DNA from: Geosiphon pyriformis uo1
Taxonomy: Eukaryota; Fungi; Glomeromycota
Direction: 5' to 3'
DNA length: 64,000 nt
NCBI GenBank assembly: GCA_016748015.1
Contig: JAAOMT010000620.1
Coordinates: forward strand, 675,684 to 739,683
Shown piece by piece: positions 1-11,732 of the stretch (positions are counted from its first letter, which is position 1; every line of letters starts with the position of its first letter). The translations under genes were made by a program, and so were the position numbers. The notes under the pieces are model-generated. The model searched no databases. It was not told the DNA's origin and worked only from the letters and a program-made list of their open reading frames with translations.

Positions 1-2850
1 CCTGTAAACAATTTTTTGGCTGGTGTGGTTAAAATTTTTTTGGGTAATGAGCTGTTCCTGACAAATAACCTGCCTTGTACTTTTTGTGATCCTGGTAATT
101 TTCCTATGTCATTGGTGCTAAGAAGTGCTTCTTACTTTGGTTCTGTTTGTTTTTTGAAGCAATTCAGTGTTGTCTTTGGAGACAGGTTGTTTGACAAAAA
201 GAGTCATGTGATGGATTGGAAGACTTTTTGCCAGTAGAAAAGACTTGACCCAAGAGGGCCTGTCCTTCATTGGTTTGATTTCACATCTGGGTTTTTGTAT
301 AATAGTGGTGCTTTGTTATCTGGTTTGGCTAGAGCCAATCAACTTTCTGGTTTGGACATTCTGGCTTCTGAAGAGTTTTCTAATTTGCATAGTAGTTTAC
401 ACAAGTTATGATCTGGTTCTTTTGAGATTTTTATAGATGGTTTGTTGAAAAATTTTGGCTTTTCTAGTGTTGCTAATGGTGCTGTTACATATTTTCCTGC
501 TATTGACCATAGTATTGGTATTAGGGTCTGTGGTTTGATGTTTTCTACTCTGGCCAAGTTGCAGGCTGTTGCTTTGGTATTAGAATGTGTTCTATTTTCT
601 AGTGCAGTGATGGTACACCTTAATAACCAAGCTGCTATTAATGTATGTGTTTCTGAGTTGTCTTATCTGGTGTCTGATTTCCGAGTTCCATGCTGGGTGG
701 AGAGACATTATATTTTTGATTTGATTAGAGAAAAAGATTTGAGTATGAGCTGAGTCAAAGTTAAAAGTCATTTTGGTGTTTGTGGCAACATTAAAGCTGA
801 TGCTGCTGCTAGTGCATGTTCTTGGTTTTCCTTACCTATTGGGGTGTAAAAATGGCTTTTAATTGTTGAAAGTATGGTCATGTCTGGTAATGCCTGCTAT
901 TTTGTTAGAAATCTGTTTAGGTCTGTGTGCTGGGCATGTTGGGAGGCTGGGCCTGACCATGATATGATTTGGAGTAGTTTGATCGAATGTGTGGACTGAA
1001 GTACTATCTTGAAAGTGTGACACTCTGACTTACACATGCTTGCTGAGTTTACTAGCTGGAAGTTTTCTGTGCTACAGTTATATTTAATGAAAGCTGTGCA
1101 CCATTGACTCTCTGTGGCTGTTTGAAAGAGGTTGTATGATAAGAGTTACCCTGGTGTGCTGTGCTTATTGTGTAGGGAGGTGGAGTTGCCCAATCATGTG
1201 TTTTCTTGTGCCATGGATGCTGATGTGTGAGATGAGATCCTTGCTGAAGCCATTGTTACCAGAGGTTTTTGGTCTCTTTTCTTGAATGTTGTAATTGTCT
1301 GTTGATTGCAAATTCACATTTTCTAATAGTAGTTGAACCTCCAATAACTGAATTTATCTTCAAATTATTTCCTATAATTTGAACTGCTGGGCTTATAAGT
1401 GGAATGACCAATTTCTTGCCAATTACTTTATGTAGTTATATTGTAGTAAACGTCAACTCTTTCCCAGGAATTGCTTGTCTAGAAGCTCACTAAAAATGTG
1501 TAGTTACTTTGCTGTAAAAGTCAACTCTTCTACAGGAATTTTGTCTGTTGGCTATCCTAATGATTGTAATAAAAAAAGAAAAGAAAAATAAAAGAAATGT
1601 AAAAGAAATAGGATTTTATCAAGAGAAACGTTTTCTATCCAGGCCTGAAATCACTAACAGTTTACTGAAATTGGTAGCTAATCAATTTCAAAATGTTAAT
1701 TGGGTTTTGGGAATTTTCCAAGTGCAATGATTAAAGAATTTGGTTTTTTCGATTTATTTGATATTTATTTCTTTTTTTTTTGTGTGTAGGAATGGTCCTA
1801 AGTGATAAATCTAAAGTAAGATATATTTTCTTGAAGAAAAAATCTCTTTTTTTATACAACTTGTTGTAGTACTAGTCTATGAACTTGCATTTTTTCTCTT
1901 TGCTTAAATTTCAGCGAACTAAAGATATATTTTGATGGACTACAAGTTATTTTACTGAACTATTGATTAATTTAAGTGAACTATTCATAATTTCAGCAAA
2001 TTTCTATAAATTTCGGCAAATTTCTGTAAATTTTGACAAACTTTTGAATGTTACAAAGTTCAGAGTATTGTGTAATTTGATTATCTTACTTTTTGTTATA
2101 CTAATTGGATTATTTAATTGAATTGTGATATGTGATAATTGATTAAATAATAAATGATAATTTGAAATGATATTAATACTAATTAATTATAGGAATTATA
2201 AGAGTAATTTCGTGCTAATTAATAGCTAAAATTCTATTGATAATACTCTTATGTCTTGGGTTTCTTTGGTGGGTTTTCATGTCTTGTCCTCTTCTGCTGT
2301 TCTGCAGTTTCTTGGTTATTGTTCTTCAAATGTTGGCTTGTATTCGGTTCTGTGTAAGAGATTTGTCATGAGTAATTAGTGGTTAGAGACTGTTGAGGTT
2401 TTTGAAGTCAAGAAGATGGCTGTTGGTGTTGTTGTCAATTTTGTAAGGAATGTTGTTGAGCTACATTATAGTAGGGTCTGATTGGTGAGATCTAGTTATA
2501 AGGTGAGCATGGAAAAAGCTGGTTCAGTTGGAGATGATGGGGTGATATCAGGTTTGTCACATTGCAAAACATCTGTGTTGTCTGATGGTATGGTTCAGAT
2601 GCTTGGTGTTTTGGATTTTTTTTCTGTTAGCTTTGGTCGTTATGGACCTAAACTTTTCTTTTTTGGTTTGGATTTCAGTCCTCGAGTCATTATAGGTGTG
2701 TAGTGTTGTTTTGTCTGGCCTAAGTGGCTAGTCACATATAGTAAGTATGTAAACTGCATTTAGTCTGGGCCTCTTAGTTTGGTTCTATATACTAAACAGC
2801 AGTTGGACTTTATTTATAAAACACATAATAAAAAAAAAAAAAAAAAAAAA
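1..2850 (+). mobile_element. 3' part of a degenerate RNase H-containing LINE (ORF2 C-terminal half, 3' UTR, poly(A)); interrupted by a solo LTR
   Basis: Broken frames show RNase H-like motifs (F-x-DG...STLAKLQAVAL...W-x-KVKSH) and a C-terminal CxxC...H...C knuckle (CLLCREVELPNHVFSC, ~1160-1210). Homologous to the LINE at 34845-36847. 3' hairpin at 2713-2733, poly(A) at 2830-2850. Confidence 0.85.
1254..2245. mobile_element. Solo LTR (family C) inserted in LINE ORF2
   Basis: Starts TGTTACC and ends GATAATA (eroded ...TAACA). Degenerate 4-bp TSD CCAT/CTCT. Removing it restores the LINE frame (EILAEA-[I/L]-MSWVSLVG). An eroded inverted copy lies at ~52050-52730. Confidence 0.7.
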
Positions 2851-3762
2851 TGATTTTATTATTTAAAATCAAATAAATAAAATTTTAATACTTATAATAA
2901 TGTTAATTATTCAAAGTTTTTATTAATAATTATAATTTAATAACCAAAAATAAAGCAAAATTTAATTATAAATTTTAACAATAATATTTGTTAATTTTAT
3001 AAATTATACAGTTAGAAAAAAAAACAATTAACTTGGTTTTAAAAATGTTTTTTAAAATAATAACTTAATTTAAATAAAAATTTTAATATTGTTTTCTTAA
3101 TAAAAATTAACCAAAAGTTGAATTTTTAAAATAATTAATTATTAATTATATTATTAAAAACTTTAAAACTTTTAATAAATAGTTGTAATAATACTAAAAT
3201 TGTTAGTTGAAACCAAAATTGTTTTAAATTTAATATATATTTAAAAAAATGCTTTAATAATATTTTGTCTAATTGTTTTATTATTAAAAAAACTTTGTCA
3301 ATTTATGATTATTTTAATTATATTAATAAAAATAGTGGTTGCTTTTTTTTTTGGCTTTAATTATAAACATAAATTAATAAATTAATAAAAATAAAAATGG
3401 TATTATTATCAATTTTTTACTTATTAATACCTAAATTTATTACTTTAATGATACATGGATCTTTTTAATATAGCAGAATTATTAACCCACAAAAATGTAA
3501 AACGTACATATTTAATTTCATATATACCTAGAATTGAATCTAACAAATTATGTTTTGATATCATTAAACATAATATTGAAAGATGCCTGGCCCAGATCAA
3601 TATCAATCCTATAATAAAAGAACATTGAACAATTTTTGTGGAATTGCATGAAATTCTTTATGTACACGATATTTTGGAAAATGGAAATTAATTTTGAGTA
3701 GGGTAATAATTGATTGATTAAGATTGATTAAGAATCACTTACCATAAATCAAACTATTTCTA

Positions 3763-5014
3763 TTAATTTAGGCTCGTGATTAAATACTCGACAAATAATT
3801 CAGCTACACGATCCATATCCAGAAGTGTATGCATCTTGTTAATATTCGTAAATTGTCGTTTTAATCTTCCCAATTCAGAAATTGTCAAATTACGTGACGG
3901 AAGATTAATGTGTTCTTTATCGATGAATTAATGATTAAAATGTAAGATATATACATGAAAAATAAATCTTTTGAAAGATAAACAACTGATATGATATAGG
4001 ATATAATTTGATTAGTTCGTAATATTTTAATCGGACCCGGACCAACGCTGTGTTTTTGAGCTTCCAATATACTATTAATAATTTCCTGCGAGGTTTTCTC
4101 CAATTCATATAAATAATTGGTTTCACTCACAGGTTTCTAAATTTAAAAAATTTTAGTTTTTCGTTAAAAAAAAAAAATTTTTTTCAACTATTCTTACCGC
4201 TATTGTCGATAAATTTGGTGGTTTTGCCTTTTTGTTCATAACTGCATCCCAAATAGAATCACATGGAACTGAAACGTCATCATATATGACCGTGAATAAT
4301 GGAGCGTCCCATCGATTACGATCATTTGGTTCTTCGAATCGACTTACTAGATCTTCAAATCTATTTAATCTTAGTATAAAGATTTTTTTTTAGAGTAAAA
4401 AACAATCTACCATTTCTCATTTTATGCACATTGATTCCTCATAAGATTCCTCTTCTTGGGCTCGATTTGAATTCCAAATTTTAGCTATTTCAACCGGTGT
4501 CCCACAATAGACCTATGCCAAATTCAAAAAAATCGAATTTTATAAAACTTAGACTTTAACCTTTTTAAAATAAATTAATTTCAACCTAAATTTCTTTTTT
4601 TTTATACTAATAAATATACCACGCAATGAGGAGTACCGACAGCCCGTGCGACACAGTATAACTGATATCGAAATCCTTTGATATAATTCATTCCATCCAC
4701 AATCACTAAGTCATTTTTAGAGAGAAGTCTTTCAACAGAAGATAACAAGTTTCCACGAGAATTTTTTTCTTCTATACGCGTATCTAAAATAACAAAAAAC
4801 GTTGGAAAGTTTTCAAATTCGGTAAAATATTATTTCAAAAAATTTCACCTTTATAACTATTTTTTGAAAACCCTAAAGTGATGTCGTTTATCAAGTGAAT
4901 TTGCCTAAGGGTTCTTCCTTCAGCAAGATATCGGTCTTGAAAATACTTTTCAATTTCTTTGGTGCGTCTAGTTTTCCCACTTGCCGGTATCCCACACATT
5001 GTAATTAAAGGCAT
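3763..5014 (-). CDS. KTI12: Elongator-associated protein Kti12 (P-loop, PSTK-like), multi-exon
   Basis: The spliced translation starts MPLITMCGIPASGKT (P-loop), contains IKGFRYQLYC and RFEEPNDRNRWDAPLF, and ends ELGRLKRQF...LFVEYLITSLN*. Confidence 0.93.
3910..4004 (-). other. U12-type (minor spliceosome) AT-AC intron in KTI12
   Basis: 5' splice site ATATCCTA, TCTTAC branch-like motif, 3' end ...AACAC. Phase-0 removal joins ...RTNQI to INLPSRNLTISEL... in frame. I found no GT-AG pair that restores the frame. Confidence 0.82.
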
Positions 5015-5483
5015 TTTGAGCTAGAAAGAACAATGGTGCGGGAATTTTTGGAAGGAATTCAATAAACTTTAAAATTAATAGATCATAAACTAACCCAAAT
5101 GAGTAATAAATCATAGCTGATATTTGAATAAATATTGGATTTTTTGTCACAGGCCCAATAACTCCCCAACTGTCATAATTATGTCAAAGACGATAAGAAA
5201 AGGTTTGGCCGAATTTTATAAACTCCCTAGGTTTTTAACTTGTTTCTTTGCAGAATTACTTCAATTTCTTTGAGCTATTCTTTTAAAAACTTTCATTTCT
5301 TTGTCAGAGGTACCACGTTCAATATCCTTCGGTGCTGTTGATTCCACCAGTCCTACCATTAGCATCACACCTACTGTCTTTGAGCCGACAACAGAAGCAG
5401 AACAACAAGAAATAACAATACAACTCGGTTCCAAACTAGATTACAAAATAATAAATCCCATACGACAGCACCGTCCTATTCTG

Positions 5484-6534
5484 ATGTCTGCAGGGTTCAA
5501 TCAACGCACTAGATTTCGACGGGATTTTAGTCGATGCTCACAAGAAGAGTTGTTGGAAATGTTGGAAAGAAATTCTTCTTTAATGAAAAATAGGTATTAA
5601 AATTATATAAAATTATACGATTTCTTAATAGAATCACGTCTAATAAACTTGTAACTTCTCGATATTGAAGCTTAGTAATATCAAATCTTCCAGATAAAGG
5701 GCAACGCCTTCACGACACCAATGCGCGACTTCTTCAAGCTTTACAAAAATTTGAGGCTAATGACCTTGAAAATTTAATGGTTGATAGTGAAGGCGGGATA
5801 GATGGGCATATTTACGATAATGTATTATTGTCTAATTCGAATGTATCGCAAATAGGATCCTTATCAGCATCAAAAATAAATGTCTTTGTCGGACCAACGG
5901 ACGATAAGTTATTAATGGAAGACAAATCTGTCAACGAACTACAGGCCAAATTAAGCAGGATGGAAATGATGGAGACCAAGGTTCTTAAAACAGATTCAAA
6001 CGAAATTCATAGATCCTCTCTATTTCTTGCGAACGGTACCTCTATTAAAGATTATCCACCGCGACGCGTGGGAAAATACCTTCAACCTGTTCGCCTTAAA
6101 ACCATTTCCATCAATCAAGCTGCTGAACTTGAAGAACGGCAAAGACGATTGCAAGAGGTAAAGCTTGATATTTAAAAGTTTTAGTTTCATGAAATACAAT
6201 GGCATCAATAGTTTTTTTTATCTTTTTTTATATAGCAAACAACACTCAAAGAAGCCGCTGAGAAACTCAAAAAAACCAAGATACCTGTTGTTTCTGCCCC
6301 CGGTTTTGGGTTTGTATAAAATTTCTCAACCTTCCTCAAAATCTCAATCATGTTCTCATTCGTCCTTTCCTATCAAGACATGCTGTCAATCCCCCATATT
6401 CTGAAGATGGTTCTGAAGATGATGACGATGACGACGACGAGTGGGATGATGATGAATATGAATCAGATGGCCATGTTGGTAGTAACGATGGAGTTGATAG
6501 AGAGATGGATTATGAAGAAGACAATGTGAGTTAA
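5484..6534 (+). CDS. Gdown1/GRINL1A (POLR2M)-like RNA polymerase II-associated protein, 4 exons
   Basis: Exons ~5484-5593, 5671-6157, 6236-6309, 6378-6534. Protein: MSAGFNQRTRFRRDFSRCSQEELLEMLERNSSLMKNSLVISNLPDKGQRLHDTNARLLQAL...ISINQAAELEERQRRLQEQTTLKEAAEKL...EDDDDDDDEWDDDEY. It has the LPDKG motif, a C-terminal coiled coil and an acidic W-containing tail as in Gdown1. Confidence 0.72.
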
Positions 6535-7299
6535 TCCAAGCAAGCAGATACAGATTTCGAAAACTACAATTTCTAATTGCTTGATTGATTGATTGATACT
6601 CAGAGAATGGAGTATTGAAAATTTTGTTTCTACATAGAGGAGTAAGTTATATATCTCCTAAAATGAAGATTTTTAATGAAAAAAATTATATGTGACCTTT
6701 CAGGTGATTTTCTCAACATATTTTGCGAAGAGCTTATTGTTTTGGGATTTGACATTTCAATAGGGATATTTGATTAGGAATTTTTACAGCTGATCATTAA
6801 AAAAAAGAAAAGAAGGAATAGATATTCAAAAGTAAATAATAAAGCATTGTGAGCATATTATTTTTAATGGTAAAATTGCGCTACAAAATTGATATACAAT
6901 CTTTTACAAAATTATTGCTTAAGTTAATTGATTAAATAATTTGAAGTGAACTTATTCTATTACTATTAAAGAAAATAATAAAAATATAATATCTATTACT
7001 TTATAATAATTCTAATAAAAAATTTAACTAAAATTCAAAGATTCTCAATGAGGGCCAGTCCAATTTTTCGGAGATAGCAAGGCGGCTTGTATGCTTCGGA
7101 TCATTACCCTGTTGAAACCGCGAATGCTCCTCGAGAATTTCGATCTACTTCTCAGCGGTAAATTAGTCTTACCTTTTATAGAAAACCCACCCCATGCAAA
7201 AAATCTTGGTCCGATCTTTTGGGATTGGACCCAACAGACTGTATATTAATCAACAGTCTGAGAAACGAGACCTGACCCCTCTCCTATATCAAGTACAAA

Positions 7300-10006
7300 A
7301 TGTCACAGAGTTTAGAAGTCAAAAAATATGATGTTATCATCCTTGGAACTGGATTTGTAGAGGCAATACTTGCGGGGTATGCGTCTAAAGCTGCCATGGA
7401 GCATTATAATTCTTTCCTCGACTTTCAGGAACATTTTAAGAACTCCACGGTAAAACAGGGCTTTAGCACGAATTGGAAAATCTGTCTTACACTTAGATGC
7501 CAATGATTACTATGGCGGTGGTTGGAGTGCCTTTAACTTCCGTGAACTTTTAGCTTGGGTTCAAAAGATCCAAGGTTAGTCTATATAATTATTTAAAGGC
7601 TATTACCTAATTATTGAATTTTAATCAAGAATCTCTTATATCTAGGGTTTCTTGATAAGCCTTCGGAAAACGTTCAAGAAAGTAATACTTTAAAAACCAA
7701 GGTTTATTTATAATTAAAGTGAATACTGCTTTCAAAAAATTCGGCTGATTGATTATATTTCACAATATATATTTGCTCAGCAATTGAAGGCCTGCAACTC
7801 CTTACCACAAATGTTCCGAAAGCCATTTGCCAAACATACTCCTCCCTTGAATACGAAATATTTAACACCAAAGAAGAAGAAATTAAAGAGATTAATCCTT
7901 ACCTCGTTAATGATTTAACCAATGAAATAAAATCCGATTCAGCCACTCAACAAAATCAAAGGACTGTTCTGGGTGAAACTAATCAAACAACAAATTCACT
8001 AGATTATGAGACTTTAGCCAATTATCTTGTCACTGAAAAAAAATACGATCAAAGTGAGCCCATCGCTGAAATTATAAATGGGCATTATAATTCAAAAATA
8101 CTTCGACGAACGCGTGAGCATGAAGAAGCAATTGCTATTGAATCCGCTAGGCTAACTCAAATTTTGCAATTGCACAAAGGAAGAAATATCTCCAAAGAAA
8201 CTATACAAAATATTTCCCAGAGTTTACTAAGTTTTCAGCAGATAGAAACCCTTGCTCAATTATTAAAAGAATCCAAACGATATAATTTAGAATTGACCCC
8301 AAAACTAATGTCATGCCGCGGTGAACTTGTTGAACTCTTGATTAGCTCAGGAGTTGCGAGATATTTAGATTTTAGAGCTTTAGGCAATACTTTTATTTAT
8401 CTAGGAGAAGAGGAGTTTGAAAAGGTGATAATGATATGTCCTTTTTTAATAACATCAAGATAATCGAATGCGCTCAATGTGGACTTTCAATATATAGGTC
8501 CCTTGCTCAAAAGAAGATGTTTTTACTAATCAAACCATTTCATTAGTTGATAAGCGGAAATTAATGAAATTTCTAAATTTCGCCCAAAATTACACCAATT
8601 TTCCTGAGATCTATCATGGTAAGCTCTTTTAAATTCCTATTACATTTATAAGAAAAGTTATCTCATAATTAACGTATGAGCCAATCTCCCTTAGGTTATG
8701 AAAGTAAATTTTTTAATGAATTTCTTGTTGAGAAATTTGGTATCCAAGGAAAACTATTGCTTGTAGTTTTGTATGCGATTGCCTTAGTTCAATCACGGGG
8801 TGACGATGGTTAGAAAGCCTTTTCAGTTACCTTTTAACACTTCTTAAATTTGCTTATATTAATTGAAGATTATATATTCTTTTCAAGTCAAAACGTTGGA
8901 GGGTTTATCGAAAACCCAAAGCTATCTTAGTTCTTTGGGACGTTACGGGAATAACGCGTTTCTCGTGGCCTTTTATGGTGGCAGTGAAATCATCCAAGGC
9001 TTCTGCCGGTTTGCGATTTGAATTCTAATTTTGTTTTAAATACACACCGCGAAATTCGGTTCAACGCAAGTTTTTCTTTAGAGTATCAGCGGTTTACGGA
9101 GGAATATATATGCTTGCCACTTCTGTCATCAATATATTGATTGACGATGATTGTAAAAAGTTTGCGGGTCTAATTGATAGTAAAAAACGACAGCTATCGT
9201 CAAACTATTTGGTATCCTCCCTTGATTACCTTCCCAGTCATTTTCTAGCGCCCCAAGACACGTGGTATGTTGTTGATCCTAGTTTAGACATCTTCAATAT
9301 ACATAAATTTGACTTATAGCACCTTTTATTCCAGGGAACAGGTATCGCGGGCAATTATCATAATTGATAAAAGCTTGCATGGCAATGATGAGGCAACACT
9401 GACAATATACCCACCTGATATGGTTGAGAACCGATATCCAATACATATACTCCAACTAACACCGGGAACTCAAAGCTGCCCAGAAAATCGAAGTTTGTTT
9501 TGCTTTTATCATTTTCAGGCAAAATTTAATTCGTCTCTTTCTCCTCCCCTCGCAATAAATTTTAAATTTTTATGACTCGTTATTTAGGAATCTTGTACAT
9601 TTCCACAAAAGCAAGCGGATCCAGCGCCAAACAGGATTTGATATATGCACTGGAAAAATTAATCAACATATCCACAAATATTCATCGAGGTTTACATTTT
9701 ATGTCAAAGGTTCACTGATTGGTATATAAATAATATTTTTGGTTAATAGTAAGCTTTTCTTGTACAGGGTCTTCAGGATCTTCAAAGCCTAATCCAGTCT
9801 TCGCGTTATATTACCGAACATATGCTCGAGTCGCTACACCATCACTTCCTGAAAACATAATTCCCGTCAGCGATCCTGATTTAGCCCTTGACTTCGAATC
9901 GGCAACCTTAGAAGCTCGAAAACTTTTTCAGCGAATGTATATCGATGAAGAATTTCTAACCTCTCGTCCGGACCTTGATGAGCTCAATGAGTTCGATCTA
10001 AATTGA
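7300..10006 (+). CDS. MRS6: Rab escort protein / Rab geranylgeranyltransferase component A (REP/CHM/Mrs6; GDI superfamily), multi-exon
   Basis: Motifs YDVIILGTG...VLHLDANDYYGG, RYNLELTPKL..RGELVELLISSGVARYLDF, VPCSKEDVF...KRKLMKFL and SLGRYGNNAFL..YGGSEIIQGFCR. The long N-terminal insert is typical of REP rather than GDI. Confidence 0.88.
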
Positions 10007-10664
10007 AACTTTATATTTTTAAATACCTTCTAAAGTTCCATTGTATAATACAAAGATGAGCGTAACGGGATCTGAAAAGTAAAGATATTCTCATGGTCAT
10101 TCTTCACACAGATTGGAATTAAAGATTTCAAAACTCTGGAGGTGGTAAAAAATTCGAATTTTCCCAAGGAAACAAACTAGCTGAAATTCGAATAGCAGAT
10201 TATCCAATCAAATTGTTGATTATATTAATCTCATTATTTACGTGTCACATTTTTATTAGTAACAATTAGGAAAGTTATAGTATTGATATAAATTATTTGT
10301 AGTGTTTATTTACTTTTGTATTGAATTCTCAACCAAAAAATTATACAAATAAATATTTTTTCAACATTGAGTTTTAAAACGCATTGTTTTTTGGTTTTAA
10401 ATTTAAAGCAAAATTTTCAATAGAAAATTCAAATGATAAAAGCTGATTTGCATTTTAAAATCTCCATCTGCTAATATCTAGATGATAATATCTAGAAATT
10501 CATCTTATTTAATGCAAAATCAATTTATTTTCCTTTTGTGGACTCATCTTATTCTCAAGAGTTTTGCGAATTAAACGTCCCAAGTTTCAACTAAGAATTT
10601 TTACACACAGCTTATAAAGATAGCGAAAAATGAGATAAACCCTTTTTCTACTTCATAAATTCCT

Positions 10665-11582
10665 TTAGATGAATCCGATCTTTTTAAGAATTGATTATAA
10701 GGTTCTCGATGTTAATATAAAATGAAATTTGGTAAAAGATAAAAAAATTAATGAAAACTTATTAAAAACCTTATTGGCTACATCTAAAGCATCTACATCA
10801 GTTGAGAGACGGACATAGGCTTTCTTGGTACCGTTTGGTCTAAGTATAATATTTTAAGGTGAGCTTTTTTTTATTTTTATATATTCAAAGAGATACCTAT
10901 CAATACGACATATTTAAAATTCTTACCTGATCAAAGTGTTAATTTTTTTAGCGTCAACCTCATACAATTTCTTGACAGCATCTTTTATTTGACGCTTGTT
11001 GGCCTTAACGTCTACAATGAAGACGAGGGTATTATTTTCTTCAATCTTTTTCATCGCAGATTCGGTGTTTAGTGGCTGTCGAATGATTTTGTACTGATCA
11101 AGGCGAGGTCCGGATGGCACAGACTTCCGCAGATATTTCGGATGACGGGCAGCGCGAAGGGTGTTCGGGCGACGAAATGTTGTGGACGTTCGCACTTTCT
11201 TTTTTACCTTGCCATCAATACCTGTTAATGCAGCTACCTTTGCTGTTAAAGCCTTATTCTTTTCTTTGGACTTGTCTTTGGCCTTGTCTTTGGAACCCCC
11301 AGTACTGGTGGCGGATTTTACAGCTACTGATGAAAATATTAACGTTCAATAAGTCAAAAAGTTTATCAGAATTATCAAGGTTAAATCGGAGCTTTTAGAT
11401 TGGGCAAAAGTGATTGTCGATAAAAAATTTTCCGCTTGTTTGGAAGTGTACCTGTTTTGAGAATAAAAAATCATTCTCTCTGCGAATTTATTGAGCATTC
11501 TTTTGGTTCATCCATATAACGATTGAAAAGAAGCAAGAAAATAATAATAAGAGAACCACACACCTGCTTTCTTAGGAGCCAT
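10665..11582 (-). CDS. RPL25: 60S ribosomal protein uL23 (L25/L23a), 4 exons
   Basis: MAPKKA|...[13 protein letters not shown]...[31 protein letters not shown]...INTLIR|[11 protein letters not shown]...DALDVANK|IGFI*. Confidence 0.97.
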
Positions 11583-11732
11583 TGTTAAAGTAAATTCTAG
11601 AATAAAGATCAAAAAAATTATCGTTTAGGTTTATAAAATTTTGTGGTCGCACAGATTCATTGATATTCTATATAGATGTCCCTGGGAATTTTTTTGTTGA
11701 TCATCGTAACTTCCTATCTTGATTTTATACTT
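11583..11732. promoter_or_regulatory. Very compact divergent (bidirectional) promoter region between RPL25 and DPH2
   Basis: Only 150 bp separate the two head-to-head ATGs (11582 and 11733). Confidence 0.6.

Noticed and set aside
5301-5483. N-terminal extension of the Gdown1-like ORF from a TTG start
   Set aside because: The start is non-ATG and similarity to Gdown1 begins only after ATG 5484, so I treated it as 5' UTR.
11327-11563. Possible intronic C/D snoRNA in RPL25 intron 1 (TGGATGA...CTGA on the minus strand)
   Set aside because: The C box is non-canonical, there is no clear terminal stem, and I could not identify an rRNA-complementary guide. It would need snoscan/Infernal.
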